A DNA stretch of 44,824 bases from a virus (Duplodnaviria > Caudoviricetes). Under the pieces are notes generated by a model. The model was not told the origin of the DNA. It made no database searches and worked only from the letters and a program-made list of their open reading frames with translations. Each line of letters starts with the position of its first letter. Positions within the stretch are counted from its first letter, which is position 1. The stretch covers positions 1 through 44,824 of IMG/VR virus record IMGVR_UViG_3300033067_001991. One strand, 5' to 3'. Below are positions 31,877 through 41,966 of the stretch, piece after piece. Made by a program: the position numbers and the translations under genes.

Positions 31877-33384
31877 ATGGGGGAGCGCGTGCCTCCACGG
31901 CTGAGGCCCATAGGATAAAAGTTTTAGAAGCGGAGATAGCTCTTGAGAAAGCAAAACAAGCTCTACCACATTTGTATCGATATCCTTTTTATAAGTGGTC
32001 ACGGGAAGTCTTTGAGAGTACTAACCCGGAGATCCTTTTGGTTGCCGCGAATCAGCTCTCCAAATCTTCAACGGCTATTAGAAAAAATATTGAGTGGGCC
32101 ACTAACAAAGCGTTGTGGCCTAAGCTTTGGCCCGGAAAGACTCCAAATTTGTTTTGGTATTTCTACCCGAACTTTAACTTGGCCACATCGGAGTTTGAAA
32201 CCAAGTGGCAGGAATTTTTACCAAAAGATAAAAACGATCCTGTGTACGGCTGGGAAGAATATTACGTCAAAGGCCAAGTTGATAAAATAGTTTTCAAATC
32301 AGGAATTATTTTACAGTTCAAAGCGTACTCTCAGAAACTTATCGATATTCAGGCCTCATCGGTTTATCTGCTTACGTGTGATGAGGAGTTACCGATTCAC
32401 ATGCTTCCAGAATTAAAAGCCAGGCTGAATGCAACGGATGGATATTTCCTCCAAGTATTTACGGCGACTCTTGGTCAGCAATATTGGAAGGATGCTTTGG
32501 AGCCGAGAGCCGGAGCTACTGAGAATTTTCCAAACGCTTTGAAAATGTGTATCTCACTTTATGATTCTCAATTTTATGAAGACGGATCTCCAAGCCCATG
32601 GACGCCTGAAAAAATAAAAAGAGCGATCGCCAATTGTCCGACCGAGGCCGAAGTGCAAAGACGGGTGTACGGAAGGTTCGTTCGATCGGAGGGTTTGAAA
32701 TATGAATCATTCGACGCTGAAAAAAATATGTGCGACCCGCATCCTTATAACGGGTGGCAGATCTACGGCGGAGTGGATCCGGGATCGGGTGGAAAATCCG
32801 GACATCCGGCGGGAATGTTATTGGTTGCTGTTAATCCAGCTAATACGCAGGCCCGAGTTATTAAAGGATGGCGTGGAGATGGAATTCCGACCACTTCCCA
32901 AGACATCCTTGATCGATACAAAATAATGAAGCTTGGGAAAACAGTTTCACCCCAAATTTACGATTACGCTGCGAAAGATTTTTTCATGATAGCATCCCGC
33001 CAAGGTGAGAACTTTATCCCGGCCGATAAATCTAAAGGATCCGGCGAAGCGCTTTTAAATATGCTCTTTAAATCGGGCATGCTTAAAATTCACCGAGGTG
33101 ACTCGGAACTTGATAAGCTCGTCAGTGAATTGACAAGCCTTTCGCCCAATACGGACAAACGTGAGGCTAAGGATGATCTAATCGATCCTTTGAGATATAT
33201 CTGCATGGCAGTGCCGTGGGACTTCTCAGCCATCGAAGTGCCCGAGGAATTGAAGACCCCATTTGTAGAGCCGGTGCCTAAAAAATCAGGTGAAGAAAGA
33301 CGTGCCTTCTTCTTTGACAAAGGACCAGAGGTTGATAGCATCGAGGCTGAATTTGGCGAGTGGAACGATTTAATGGAGGGATAA
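31873..33384 (+). CDS. terL: Terminase large subunit
   Basis: Walker A-like LVAANQLSKS, Walker B LLTCDEE, motif III FTAT, nuclease GVDPG and DDLIDPLRY. Confidence 0.92.
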   Translation: MNGGARASTAEAHRIKVLEAEIALEKAKQALPHLYRYPFYKWSREVFESTNPEILLVAANQLSKSSTAIRKNIEWATNKALWPKLWPGKTPNLFWYFYPNFNLATSEFETKWQEFLPKDKNDPVYGWEEYYVKGQVDKIVFKSGIILQFKAYSQKLIDIQASSVYLLTCDEELPIHMLPELKARLNATDGYFLQVFTATLGQQYWKDALEPRAGATENFPNALKMCISLYDSQFYEDGSPSPWTPEKIKRAIANCPTEAEVQRRVYGRFVRSEGLKYESFDAEKNMCDPHPYNGWQIYGGVDPGSGGKSGHPAGMLLVAVNPANTQARVIKGWRGDGIPTTSQDILDRYKIMKLGKTVSPQIYDYAAKDFFMIASRQGENFIPADKSKGSGEALLNMLFKSGMLKIHRGDSELDKLVSELTSLSPNTDKREAKDDLIDPLRYICMAVPWDFSAIEVPEELKTPFVEPVPKKSGEERRAFFFDKGPEVDSIEAEFGEWNDLMEG

Positions 33385-33387
33385 GCG

Positions 33388-33741
33388 ATGCAAGAAAAAA
33401 CCGAAAAAAAGTCCATATCGGGCGAAAAAGTACTGAAAAACCTTGAAAATATACTAAAACTCAGCACAAAATATGGTGTAACCGAAATTAAATACGGCGA
33501 CATACATGTTATTTTCGGCGAGGGCACACAAGCTCCCGCACGGAAGCCAAACCCGGCCATGTTTCGTAAGCAACAAACAACGGAACAACTTTCTGCTCTG
33601 AAAAACGAGATGGATCAAGTCTCGGACGAAATTGCGGTCTCACATATCGAGGACCCACTAGCGTATGAAGATGCGATTGTAGAAGGGCTACTAACTGATG
33701 AGCGACCAAGAGACGAAGAAACCAACCGAATTAACAATTGA
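33388..33741 (+). CDS. Hypothetical protein between terminase and portal
   Basis: GGAGGG RBS; KYGVTEIKYGDIHVIF motif. Confidence 0.6.
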   Translation: MQEKTEKKSISGEKVLKNLENILKLSTKYGVTEIKYGDIHVIFGEGTQAPARKPNPAMFRKQQTTEQLSALKNEMDQVSDEIAVSHIEDPLAYEDAIVEGLLTDERPRDEETNRINN

Positions 33742-35863
33742 AGACTTAAATAAATTATATAAAGAAGCCGATGAAATTGATAAGGAAGTATTCGCCGATC
33801 AAAGGTCAAACCTCCAATTAGTATCCGGGGAGCATTATAACCGCCGAAATTCGATGTACTGGGACCGGGTTCGTGAGTCAAAAAATCTGACCAACGACCA
33901 AAAAATGCGCCTAACGAAGAACCACATTTACAAAATCTCCAAAGTTAGAAAAAATATCTTATTATCCCATGCTGCCAGTGTCCGAGTGATGCCATCAAAG
34001 GACGTTGATCTACGCCATCAGAAGTCCGCAGAGCTTAATCAAGCTGTCTGGGAGTACGGGAAAAAACAGCAAAACATTCGACGCCGCACTCATGAATGGG
34101 CCGGTGAATACTTCGATGTAGGCGAAGTCGCGGCCAAATTGTATTTTGATCCGAGAGCTGGTAAATTTGTAGGGTATAAGCAGGCAGTGGATGAGCAGGG
34201 ACAACCCCAGGTTGACCCACAAACCGGTCAAATGGTTGCAAGCTCTGAGGCCGTATTCTCTGGAGATATCTTAATTGAAAAAATTTACGGATTCAATCTT
34301 TTACGTCATCCATCTGCAAAGACTATGGATGAGAGTCCAGTTTTAATTATCAGAAAAACAATTATCGTTGACGAGTTGAAAAAAATGATCGGCGATGATG
34401 AAGAAAAATTGGCGATGATCGAAGGCATGAAAGATGACACGTATGTGGTCTTCGATGCGCAGAAACAAAACTACGGCCGAGAAAAAGGCTTAGTTACTTT
34501 ACGGGAATATTATTATAGAGCATGTCCTGAGTATCCGATGGGATATTTCTACATCACAACCGAAGCCGGTGTTTTGTGGCAGGGCGAGCTTCCATACGGA
34601 ATTTTTCCAATTGTTTATGAGGGTCACGATGAAGTTCAAACTTCACCTCGTCACAGATCTCCAATCAAACAATTCAGACCTTATCAGATTGAAATTAATC
34701 GCGCAGCCTCGAAAGTCGCTGAACATCAAGTGACGTTAGGCGATGATAAAATCGTTCTTCTTAATGGATCAAAACTTTCTAAAGGATCCGATTTTCCTGG
34801 AGTTCGTTCAATGTCAGTGACTGGCCAAGCGCCAACTGTTATTGGCGGCCGAACTGGGGAGCAGTATTTTCCATATATTGAAGGACAAATTTCTGAGCTC
34901 TATAATATCGCTGACATCCCAGAGGAGCTGGAAGAAAAAGCAGTTGGCGATCCATGGGGTGAATTATTTAAAGCTGCACGACACAAAAAGAAATTTATCA
35001 TCGATGCAGAAAGATTTGAATTTTTCCAGACAAAAATTTGTGAAGTCTACTTAGCTTTAGCTAAAGAATACTTTGATGAAAACACAATGATCAATGCTAT
35101 TGGCGCAAACGAAATGGTTAATATTGCGGAATTCAAAAACACTAAGCGCGGCGAGATCACTTTCAAAGTTGAGCCCATGTCTGATGATATGGAATCAGCG
35201 ATGGGAAAACAATTAATGTTTAACCACGTTCTTCAATACTCATCTGCACAATTATCCCGTGATGATATCGGAAAAATGATCCGTGTAATGCCTTTTGCAA
35301 ATATGGAAGAATCATTCTCGGATTTCACACTCGATTACGACCGTGGAACGAATATGATCTTAGCATTAGATCGCGGTGAGGCGCCAACTCCAAATAAATA
35401 CGATGATGGGCCTTACATGATTAAGCGTTTAACTCATCGTATGGGGCAGGCGGATTTTTCGCAGCTTGATCCACAGATTCAACAAAATTATGAACAGACC
35501 GTTTCTCTTTATGATCAATTAGAGGCGGAGAAACAAAGACAAATCCAATCAGCTCAAGCCGATTTCATCCCAACGGGTGGAGCGATGATCAAAGTTGGTT
35601 GGTATGTTAAAGATCCAACAAATCCGGGACGATCAATCCAGGCCACGTTGCCTGCTCAAGCCATTGAGTGGTTAGTTCAACGAATGGAAGACCAAGGTGC
35701 AAGTCAGAATTCTCTTATCGGCCTTCCAACTAGTGCCAACGCGGATATAGCTCAGAAATTTTTAGCTTTACAGAGCCCACAGGGGGCTCCACAACAATCC
35801 GGGTATCAACCGCTGAATCCAGCAGGGAATGATCCCCGAGTAACCGCAGGAGGCATACAATGA
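33698..35863 (+). CDS. Portal protein (P22-like size, Q-rich tail)
   Basis: 721 aa after terL; NHIYKI...VRVMP...D...AEL and PYQIEINRAAS portal-like patterns. Confidence 0.8.
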   Translation: MSDQETKKPTELTIEDLNKLYKEADEIDKEVFADQRSNLQLVSGEHYNRRNSMYWDRVRESKNLTNDQKMRLTKNHIYKISKVRKNILLSHAASVRVMPSKDVDLRHQKSAELNQAVWEYGKKQQNIRRRTHEWAGEYFDVGEVAAKLYFDPRAGKFVGYKQAVDEQGQPQVDPQTGQMVASSEAVFSGDILIEKIYGFNLLRHPSAKTMDESPVLIIRKTIIVDELKKMIGDDEEKLAMIEGMKDDTYVVFDAQKQNYGREKGLVTLREYYYRACPEYPMGYFYITTEAGVLWQGELPYGIFPIVYEGHDEVQTSPRHRSPIKQFRPYQIEINRAASKVAEHQVTLGDDKIVLLNGSKLSKGSDFPGVRSMSVTGQAPTVIGGRTGEQYFPYIEGQISELYNIADIPEELEEKAVGDPWGELFKAARHKKKFIIDAERFEFFQTKICEVYLALAKEYFDENTMINAIGANEMVNIAEFKNTKRGEITFKVEPMSDDMESAMGKQLMFNHVLQYSSAQLSRDDIGKMIRVMPFANMEESFSDFTLDYDRGTNMILALDRGEAPTPNKYDDGPYMIKRLTHRMGQADFSQLDPQIQQNYEQTVSLYDQLEAEKQRQIQSAQADFIPTGGAMIKVGWYVKDPTNPGRSIQATLPAQAIEWLVQRMEDQGASQNSLIGLPTSANADIAQKFLALQSPQGAPQQSGYQPLNPAGNDPRVTAGGIQ

Positions 35864-36936
35864 GCACTGAAAACGCCATTGACACTTCATCAGCCGGTGG
35901 AACAAGTACCACAAATACAAGTTCAAGCGCTGATACATCGACCCCGTCATCAACCCCGAGTACGCCAAGTGGTGATACTCAATCCACACCGAACTCTTTA
36001 GAGAGTACGCCGAATCAGTTCAAAGGAACTGCCGACGCAAATCCCGGTGCGGCCGATCCAGCAAAGCCAGTTATCGCAGCGACTCCGGCCTATGTTCCAA
36101 ATTTCAAATACAAAGCTGCACAACAAGAAAAAGAACTCGATCCATTTTTTCATCCGCTAATTAAAGATGCGGATAGTGAGAAAAAAGTAAAAGGAATTTT
36201 TTCTAAAGCCGACGCTTTTGATTATATCAAAGAGCGATACGATATCAGAGATAAAGAATTTAATTCTTTACAAACTGATTACCAAGCGCAATCTGCGGTT
36301 GTTCAACGTGTGAACGAAGCAAGAGCTAAAGGTGATTTAGATACGGTATTTAGAAACGTGGGATTAAATGATCATCAGATTATTCAGTGGGCTGCAAAGC
36401 GTGTTGATTATTTACAGATGCTTCAACAACTTCCACCGGAACAGCGCGATGCTTTACAACAACAAGAGCAGGCGCAAATCCAAAACCAAACTTATCAAGA
36501 ACAAATGTCCCAAATGCAAAATGATTTGCAAACGCAGAAAGTTCAAAACCGAACAATTATGCTGGAGCAAACACTACTCCGACCGGAGGTGAGTCAGGCT
36601 GCAAGTTTTTGGGATAATAAAATGGGAACCCCAGGGGCTTTCAAAGATATGGTGATAGAGGAAGCGCAGAAAGAATTTTACATGAACAAAGTCGACCTTA
36701 CGCCCGAACAGGCGGTACAAAGAGTCATGGCTAGATTCGGTAAATTCATCGACGTGCAAAACGCGGGTTCACAAGACCCGAGCGCCAACCAATTTCAGCC
36801 GCAGGCACCGCAAATGCCGCAACAAAAGCCAGTGATTCCCGCGATTCCAGGTTCGTCGAAAACTCCGATTCGGAAACAAATTCGGACTATCGCGGACATT
36901 AAAGCGAGACAAAAGGAGCTCGAGAATTCTCCTTAA
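35860..36936 (+). CDS. Capsid scaffolding protein
   Basis: S/T/P-rich N-terminus and Q-rich coiled coil, between the portal and the capsid gene. Confidence 0.7.
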   Translation: MSTENAIDTSSAGGTSTTNTSSSADTSTPSSTPSTPSGDTQSTPNSLESTPNQFKGTADANPGAADPAKPVIAATPAYVPNFKYKAAQQEKELDPFFHPLIKDADSEKKVKGIFSKADAFDYIKERYDIRDKEFNSLQTDYQAQSAVVQRVNEARAKGDLDTVFRNVGLNDHQIIQWAAKRVDYLQMLQQLPPEQRDALQQQEQAQIQNQTYQEQMSQMQNDLQTQKVQNRTIMLEQTLLRPEVSQAASFWDNKMGTPGAFKDMVIEEAQKEFYMNKVDLTPEQAVQRVMARFGKFIDVQNAGSQDPSANQFQPQAPQMPQQKPVIPAIPGSSKTPIRKQIRTIADIKARQKELENSP

Positions 36937-36967
36937 TAAACTTAAACCAAAATAAAAAGGATTTTAA

Positions 36968-38251
36968 ATGAGTACAAATAGAGACTTTCAAAACATGCTC
37001 AATGAGTATTTAGCAGTAGATCTGTTAAAACTCGAAATGAAGCAACAAGATTACGTTATGTCGAAAATCGACATGGACGAAGGCGCTAAAGGCGGCACAA
37101 TCCCAGTTCCATTCGAAGGCCAATACGGTTCTTCGGTTGAATTCGGTCAATTGGCTGATGACACCGACATTTCTAAGTACAAATATGTACGTGGAACGTT
37201 GGCTCCAACTGTAGAAGCTTGGGGTTCGATCATCTTCAATCACCGTGATTTAATGGAGCATGATGGAAAAATTAACGAGAAGTCATTCTTGAAAATTTTG
37301 CCAGGCCAAATCACTGACTTCGTGTCTCACATGAAAATGCAATTATCTGTGAACATGTTGAATGGTAACCACTTCGCAACACTAACAGTCAGCGGAACCG
37401 TTGGCGGTGTTATCGAAGTGGACCGTGTGGAACGTTTCCAGTTAGACCAAAAACTTTCTCTACAAGATGGTAACACTGCGGCAGCAACCTACTATGTTAT
37501 CGGCGTAGACGTAAATGGTGGAACTTTGAAACAAGGTGCGGTAACTTTATCTGCTACTCGTGGTGGCGCTGCGGCTGACGTTTCCGCATACACTACTGGA
37601 CAAGCTGCGAAAGTTTACGCTCCAGGTGCGACAACTTCTTCATTCACGAACATCAAAAACCAATTGTTATCACTTGCAAATGGCGGTCCAGCTACACTTT
37701 TCGGTCAAACGAAAACAGCTTACCCATATTTACAAGCGGTTCAAATTGACGGTTCGACTGTTTCTGCTACGAACATCTTGCAAAAGATTTTCGACGGAGC
37801 TGCTCGTCGTCAACAAATTGGTCGCGCTTCTGGATCGATGGAAGTCATCGTATCTTACAAGCACATGGGTTCAATCTTAGCGATCCTCGAGGTCGGCGGT
37901 GGAGCGTTCGGTAATCCGTACAAAGGTGCATACAACGTGGTTCCTGGATCACGTAAAGTGTCTGCTTACGGTTACCAAACAGTTGAAATCGGCTCGCCAA
38001 ATGGCGACATGTTAAAAATCGTTGGAATTTTAGACATGGATAACGATTGGATTTGGTACGCAGATTGGGATTCTTGTAAATTCTTCTCTAACGGAGGTTT
38101 ACAACGCCGAACTGCTCCAGATGGAAAACAATTCTACGAAAAACGTGCGACTTCAGGATTCGTATACATCCTGGATCACGTGTTGATCGGTGACGTTGCT
38201 GTACTTGCTCCGTGGAAACACGCGATCATGTTCAACATTCCAAACTACTAA
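36968..38251 (+). CDS. Major capsid protein
   Basis: 427 aa after the scaffold; strongly biased codon use; followed by an intrinsic terminator. Confidence 0.8.
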   Translation: MSTNRDFQNMLNEYLAVDLLKLEMKQQDYVMSKIDMDEGAKGGTIPVPFEGQYGSSVEFGQLADDTDISKYKYVRGTLAPTVEAWGSIIFNHRDLMEHDGKINEKSFLKILPGQITDFVSHMKMQLSVNMLNGNHFATLTVSGTVGGVIEVDRVERFQLDQKLSLQDGNTAAATYYVIGVDVNGGTLKQGAVTLSATRGGAAADVSAYTTGQAAKVYAPGATTSSFTNIKNQLLSLANGGPATLFGQTKTAYPYLQAVQIDGSTVSATNILQKIFDGAARRQQIGRASGSMEVIVSYKHMGSILAILEVGGGAFGNPYKGAYNVVPGSRKVSAYGYQTVEIGSPNGDMLKIVGILDMDNDWIWYADWDSCKFFSNGGLQRRTAPDGKQFYEKRATSGFVYILDHVLIGDVAVLAPWKHAIMFNIPNY

Positions 38252-38265
38252 TCTTAGTTAGTTAT

Positions 38266-38298
38266 GAGGGCGTGGGGATTTTTCTCCACGCCTTTATT
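38266..38298 (+). terminator. Intrinsic terminator after the capsid gene
   Basis: GAGGGCGTGGGGA-TTTT-TCTCCACGCCTTT-ATT. Confidence 0.7.
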
Positions 38299-38313
38299 CT
38301 GTGAAGGGGCGAG

Positions 38314-39081
38314 ATGTCACGTATAGATCTTATTTTAAAAGACATCCAAGACATCTACGTTAGAGAAAACTTTAATCGTTTAAAAAAATATCTTAACGAT
38401 TCGGTTTTTTTCGAGGGTGACTTTGATTTTTACGAGGTTGATATTCCGAAAGCCTCGGAGCTCTTTGCCGTGGCGCATGGGCTTAAATTTATTCCGGCTG
38501 ATATTATTTTCTTAAATGTAACCGGAGACCACAACGTCTATTTTAATTATGAAAACTTTGATCGTGATAATATTTATATTACTGCTTCTGGACCTTGCAT
38601 TGTACGTTTTTTAGCAGGCCGTCTTTCTGATCTCGGTAAAGCGATCGCCAAAAATAAATATCCATTCGTTGCGCCTTCAAGTTCCGGAGGTGGTGGCGGT
38701 GGAGGAGGCGGTGGAACTGCGACCGACGCTCCGATGGTGCTTAATACTTTCGGGACAAATCTTGCGACCCAACCAAAAGATCTTTTAATTTTGACCGGGA
38801 CAAATACCGTTCAGAAAATAACTAACAATTCATCAGGCACCATTCCAAATGGAATTTTTGGTGTGGGACTAATAAAGCCTACAACTTTAACTATTAGTGT
38901 TGTCACTATGGGTAGAGTTGGTGGTTATGCGGGCTTTACTCCGGGCGCAGCTTTATATATTTCAACCGCAGGGATTCCAACACACACTGCTCCGTCTACA
39001 GGGACAGTTCAACAAATCGGATTTGCAAACTCCACAACAGAAATGTTTGTGAATTTGATGCAGCCATTTAGGAGATCGTAA
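38314..39081 (+). CDS. Two-domain virion protein with a Gly10 hinge
   Basis: The C-terminal domain GFTPGAALYISTAG...QQIGFA resembles capsid decoration/fibre domains. Confidence 0.6.
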   Translation: MSRIDLILKDIQDIYVRENFNRLKKYLNDSVFFEGDFDFYEVDIPKASELFAVAHGLKFIPADIIFLNVTGDHNVYFNYENFDRDNIYITASGPCIVRFLAGRLSDLGKAIAKNKYPFVAPSSSGGGGGGGGGGTATDAPMVLNTFGTNLATQPKDLLILTGTNTVQKITNNSSGTIPNGIFGVGLIKPTTLTISVVTMGRVGGYAGFTPGAALYISTAGIPTHTAPSTGTVQQIGFANSTTEMFVNLMQPFRRS

Positions 39082-39455
39082 TGTCTAAAAGTAAAAAAGT
39101 AATAGAAGATATTGAAGAAATAAAAGATATGCAACCCGCCTTAAGTCCGGCGCAATATTGGGAGTGGCGTACAACCGTTACCGAGCTCCATCTTGCACAA
39201 AAAGATGCGGAAAAATCTCAAGCAGAGTTAAAGATCCTCCACAAAGAAGCCGAACTGTGTGCCATCAGGGCACAACTATTTCAGAGTACACGCATGGAAG
39301 CGACAAAGCACGGAGTCACAGCCGCGCAGAAAGAATATGAGAGATATACGAAAGTCTTAGAAGACTCTCTTGGACTATCTCTCAAAAATAAAATCATTGA
39401 TGATATTACTTATGAGATCAGGGATGTCCCTGAACAAAAAATTAAAACGCCTTAA
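39081..39455 (+). CDS. Coiled-coil hypothetical protein
   Basis: TAATG coupling; heptad-like pattern. Confidence 0.6.
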   Translation: MSKSKKVIEDIEEIKDMQPALSPAQYWEWRTTVTELHLAQKDAEKSQAELKILHKEAELCAIRAQLFQSTRMEATKHGVTAAQKEYERYTKVLEDSLGLSLKNKIIDDITYEIRDVPEQKIKTP

Positions 39456-39475
39456 TTGGCAGAAAAGGATTACCC

Positions 39476-40303
39476 ATGGCACAAGTTAAGTTATTGAAGA
39501 TCGCAACGGATGGCGTCCCCGTTGAGTTCGGCGCAGCCGACGATATCACGCTAGCATCATTCACAGCGGGTACGGGCGGGCCTGTACTATCTGCGACTGG
39601 CCTAAATTTAAACACACAGCCGATCACAGGTTTGACTAACATCACTCACGTTGATCCAACTACAAATACGATGAATCAAACTGCGGGAGCATTGATTATC
39701 GACAATATCATGGCTAAAGAGAGATCAAATCTTTTAACCACTGCTGCGGACATTTTATTCCCAGTTGTGACCGATACAGCCGGTCAAGTAGATGCTTTAC
39801 GTCTTCCAGCAATTGCGGGAGCTCCAACTGCAACACCTACAACCGGTGGTGAGGGTTTCGTAGTTTGGGATTCTACAAATGATCGTATGTACGTTTGGAA
39901 TGGTTCTGCATGGGCCGATCAAACAACTGTAGCATCTTCATTATCTATTCAAAATCCGTACACTGCGGGCGCGGGTGGAACAGCGGCTCGTGATGTAGTT
40001 TATATTTCTGCGGCGGATACTGTGTTACCTGCAATCGCTTCAGCGGCAGGAACTTCACAAGCTATCGGTCTTGGTGTTGCGGCAGCGGCAGCGGCAGCCA
40101 CAGTTCAAGTTCAAGAAGATGGTGTGATGACGGGTTTTTCTGGTTTAACAGCCGGCTCACGTTACTACTTGTCTGGAACAACCGCTGGTCAAGTTACAGC
40201 AACTATTCCATCGACTTCTGGTCACACGATTGTGCAAATTGGTTATGCAAAGTCAGCAACGGCTATGCACATCCAATTACAGCAATTAGGTCGTAGAGCG
40301 TAG
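39476..40303 (+). CDS. Capsid decoration / head fibre protein
   Basis: A/T/G-rich; GLTAGSRYYLS...QIGYA domain paralogous to the C-terminus of 38314; has its own terminator. Confidence 0.65.
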   Translation: MAQVKLLKIATDGVPVEFGAADDITLASFTAGTGGPVLSATGLNLNTQPITGLTNITHVDPTTNTMNQTAGALIIDNIMAKERSNLLTTAADILFPVVTDTAGQVDALRLPAIAGAPTATPTTGGEGFVVWDSTNDRMYVWNGSAWADQTTVASSLSIQNPYTAGAGGTAARDVVYISAADTVLPAIASAAGTSQAIGLGVAAAAAAATVQVQEDGVMTGFSGLTAGSRYYLSGTTAGQVTATIPSTSGHTIVQIGYAKSATAMHIQLQQLGRRA

Positions 40304-40312
40304 TTAAATATG

Positions 40313-40339
40313 GGCCTCACATCATTGTGAGGCCTTTTT
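40313..40339 (+). terminator. Intrinsic terminator
   Basis: GGCCTCACA-TCAT-TGTGAGGCC-TTTTT. Confidence 0.8.
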
Positions 40340-40351
40340 CGATGAGGGATT

Positions 40352-40780
40352 ATGGCAGTTGATAAAGTTAAACCTTTAAAGATTGAAAATGCGGCCACAG
40401 GCGGTACGCAGACTGATCCATTTCCGGTTGAAACCAGCCCTACTCAAGATTATCTTGCATCTAAAGGTATCGCTTTTGAAAATTTAGATACATTCTTAAT
40501 AGACAAAATTGGTCGATCACTTGTCGAACTTTTTCCTAATCTTTATCAAAATATTACTTACTCAGGTAATAACCCTACAGTCTTAGAATTTTTTAACTCC
40601 GCATCTTTTATAAATGCTAATCGCGTAGCTCGTTATGATTTTACATATACATCAAATAATTTGACGTCAGAAGTTTTAGTTATCTACGATACTAATGGGA
40701 CCACGGTTTTAAGGACGTATACGTGGACTCATACATATACGGGAAATAATCTTACGTCGTCAGGATTGGTGATTACATGA
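40352..40780 (+). CDS. Virion protein
   Basis: GAGGG RBS; repeated TY(S/T)xNN beta-hairpin motifs. Confidence 0.6.
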   Translation: MAVDKVKPLKIENAATGGTQTDPFPVETSPTQDYLASKGIAFENLDTFLIDKIGRSLVELFPNLYQNITYSGNNPTVLEFFNSASFINANRVARYDFTYTSNNLTSEVLVIYDTNGTTVLRTYTWTHTYTGNNLTSSGLVIT

Positions 40781-41547
40781 TTAGCTCAGTTTTAAAAGTT
40801 ATAACAGGTATTTTACAAATCAGAGGTGCAACCGATGGCACCCTAATCGGAAATTCTGGCTCATATTTAAATACAATAAATGAAACCATTGCGACAACTG
40901 GAACTGCAACCCCAGCAAAAGTGACCCTTGTGGGTGCGAACGACGGAACAAATATTAGGCCGCTTATTATTTCGCAAGCTCCGACATCATTAACTGCATG
41001 GGGCGCGTTGGTTAGACCAATTCCTTGGGCACCAGCTACATTTAATTTGTCGGCAATTACAATCCCACTTGGAAATAATAAGTCAATGTTAGCTCTTTTT
41101 AATCCAGGCGGCTCGACGGTTATTTTAAAAATTCAGTATTTAAAAATTATAAATAATCAAACAACAAACGTTACGGGCGTAGCAGCCGATTTTAGGCTCC
41201 GCCGTATCACAGGATTATCGGCTGGAACAGCGGTCGTACCTCAAGCTTTTGATACAAATGACACACTTGGTGCGGGGATTATAGCTGCACACAACGGAAC
41301 GGTCGCTGGAGAGTCTGCGACAGATTTATTAAGGTATGTTTGGTCATCAGATGAGTGGGGGCCTGGAACCGCGGATGTGGAATCCGGCGATCATGCTCAA
41401 CAACAAATGGGATATATTTTTAGAAATCAGGGTGAGGCAAAAACAATTACACTTCGTCCAGGACAAGGAATCACCATAAAATGCGTTACAAATACGACAG
41501 CTGGAAATTTTGATTTTGAACTCTGCTTTACACAAGAGGTGCCATAA
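40777..41547 (+). CDS. Virion / fibre-associated protein
   Basis: T/G/N-rich beta protein; ATGA overlap. Confidence 0.6.
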   Translation: MISSVLKVITGILQIRGATDGTLIGNSGSYLNTINETIATTGTATPAKVTLVGANDGTNIRPLIISQAPTSLTAWGALVRPIPWAPATFNLSAITIPLGNNKSMLALFNPGGSTVILKIQYLKIINNQTTNVTGVAADFRLRRITGLSAGTAVVPQAFDTNDTLGAGIIAAHNGTVAGESATDLLRYVWSSDEWGPGTADVESGDHAQQQMGYIFRNQGEAKTITLRPGQGITIKCVTNTTAGNFDFELCFTQEVP

Positions 41548-41966
41548 TGAATTTAATGTTGCCATTTTGTTCTAAAAATCTTCCGGACGGAAAAAGACTT
41601 TTCAGAAGAAAACATGGATACACTTTCACGCTCGACGCTGAAGGTGACACAGTTTTAGAAATTACCGTGCCTTACACGCACTGTAAAATACAAGAAGCCG
41701 ATCTTGTGTGGTTCCCGGAAGGCGTGACTGCGCAAATGAAAGTTCTAGACACTGCCGCAGGAACATACTCTGGAACTCCGAATTATGTATTTAATGAATA
41801 CGGAGTAAATATTGCGATTGCTAAAGATTATTTCGTAGATAAATCACCTTACGATGCGGATGTTTACGGTGGGATGATTTTACAAATTACTTTCAATAAC
41901 CCTACAGCAACTACTAAAACAGTTGGTATGAATGTAGTATTTCACGAAGTATTGGCGGCGGCATGA
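41547..41966 (+). CDS. Virion beta-sandwich protein
   Basis: Coupled ORF in the structural operon. Confidence 0.55.
   Translation: MNLMLPFCSKNLPDGKRLFRRKHGYTFTLDAEGDTVLEITVPYTHCKIQEADLVWFPEGVTAQMKVLDTAAGTYSGTPNYVFNEYGVNIAIAKDYFVDKSPYDADVYGGMILQITFNNPTATTKTVGMNVVFHEVLAAA

Noticed and set aside
1036-41565. Numerous short antisense or alternate-frame ORFs nested in long genes (e.g. 2036-2560, 4359-4907, 21218-21451, 33090-33560)
   Set aside because: No RBS or recognisable motifs, and each is fully explained as a shadow of a well-supported gene.
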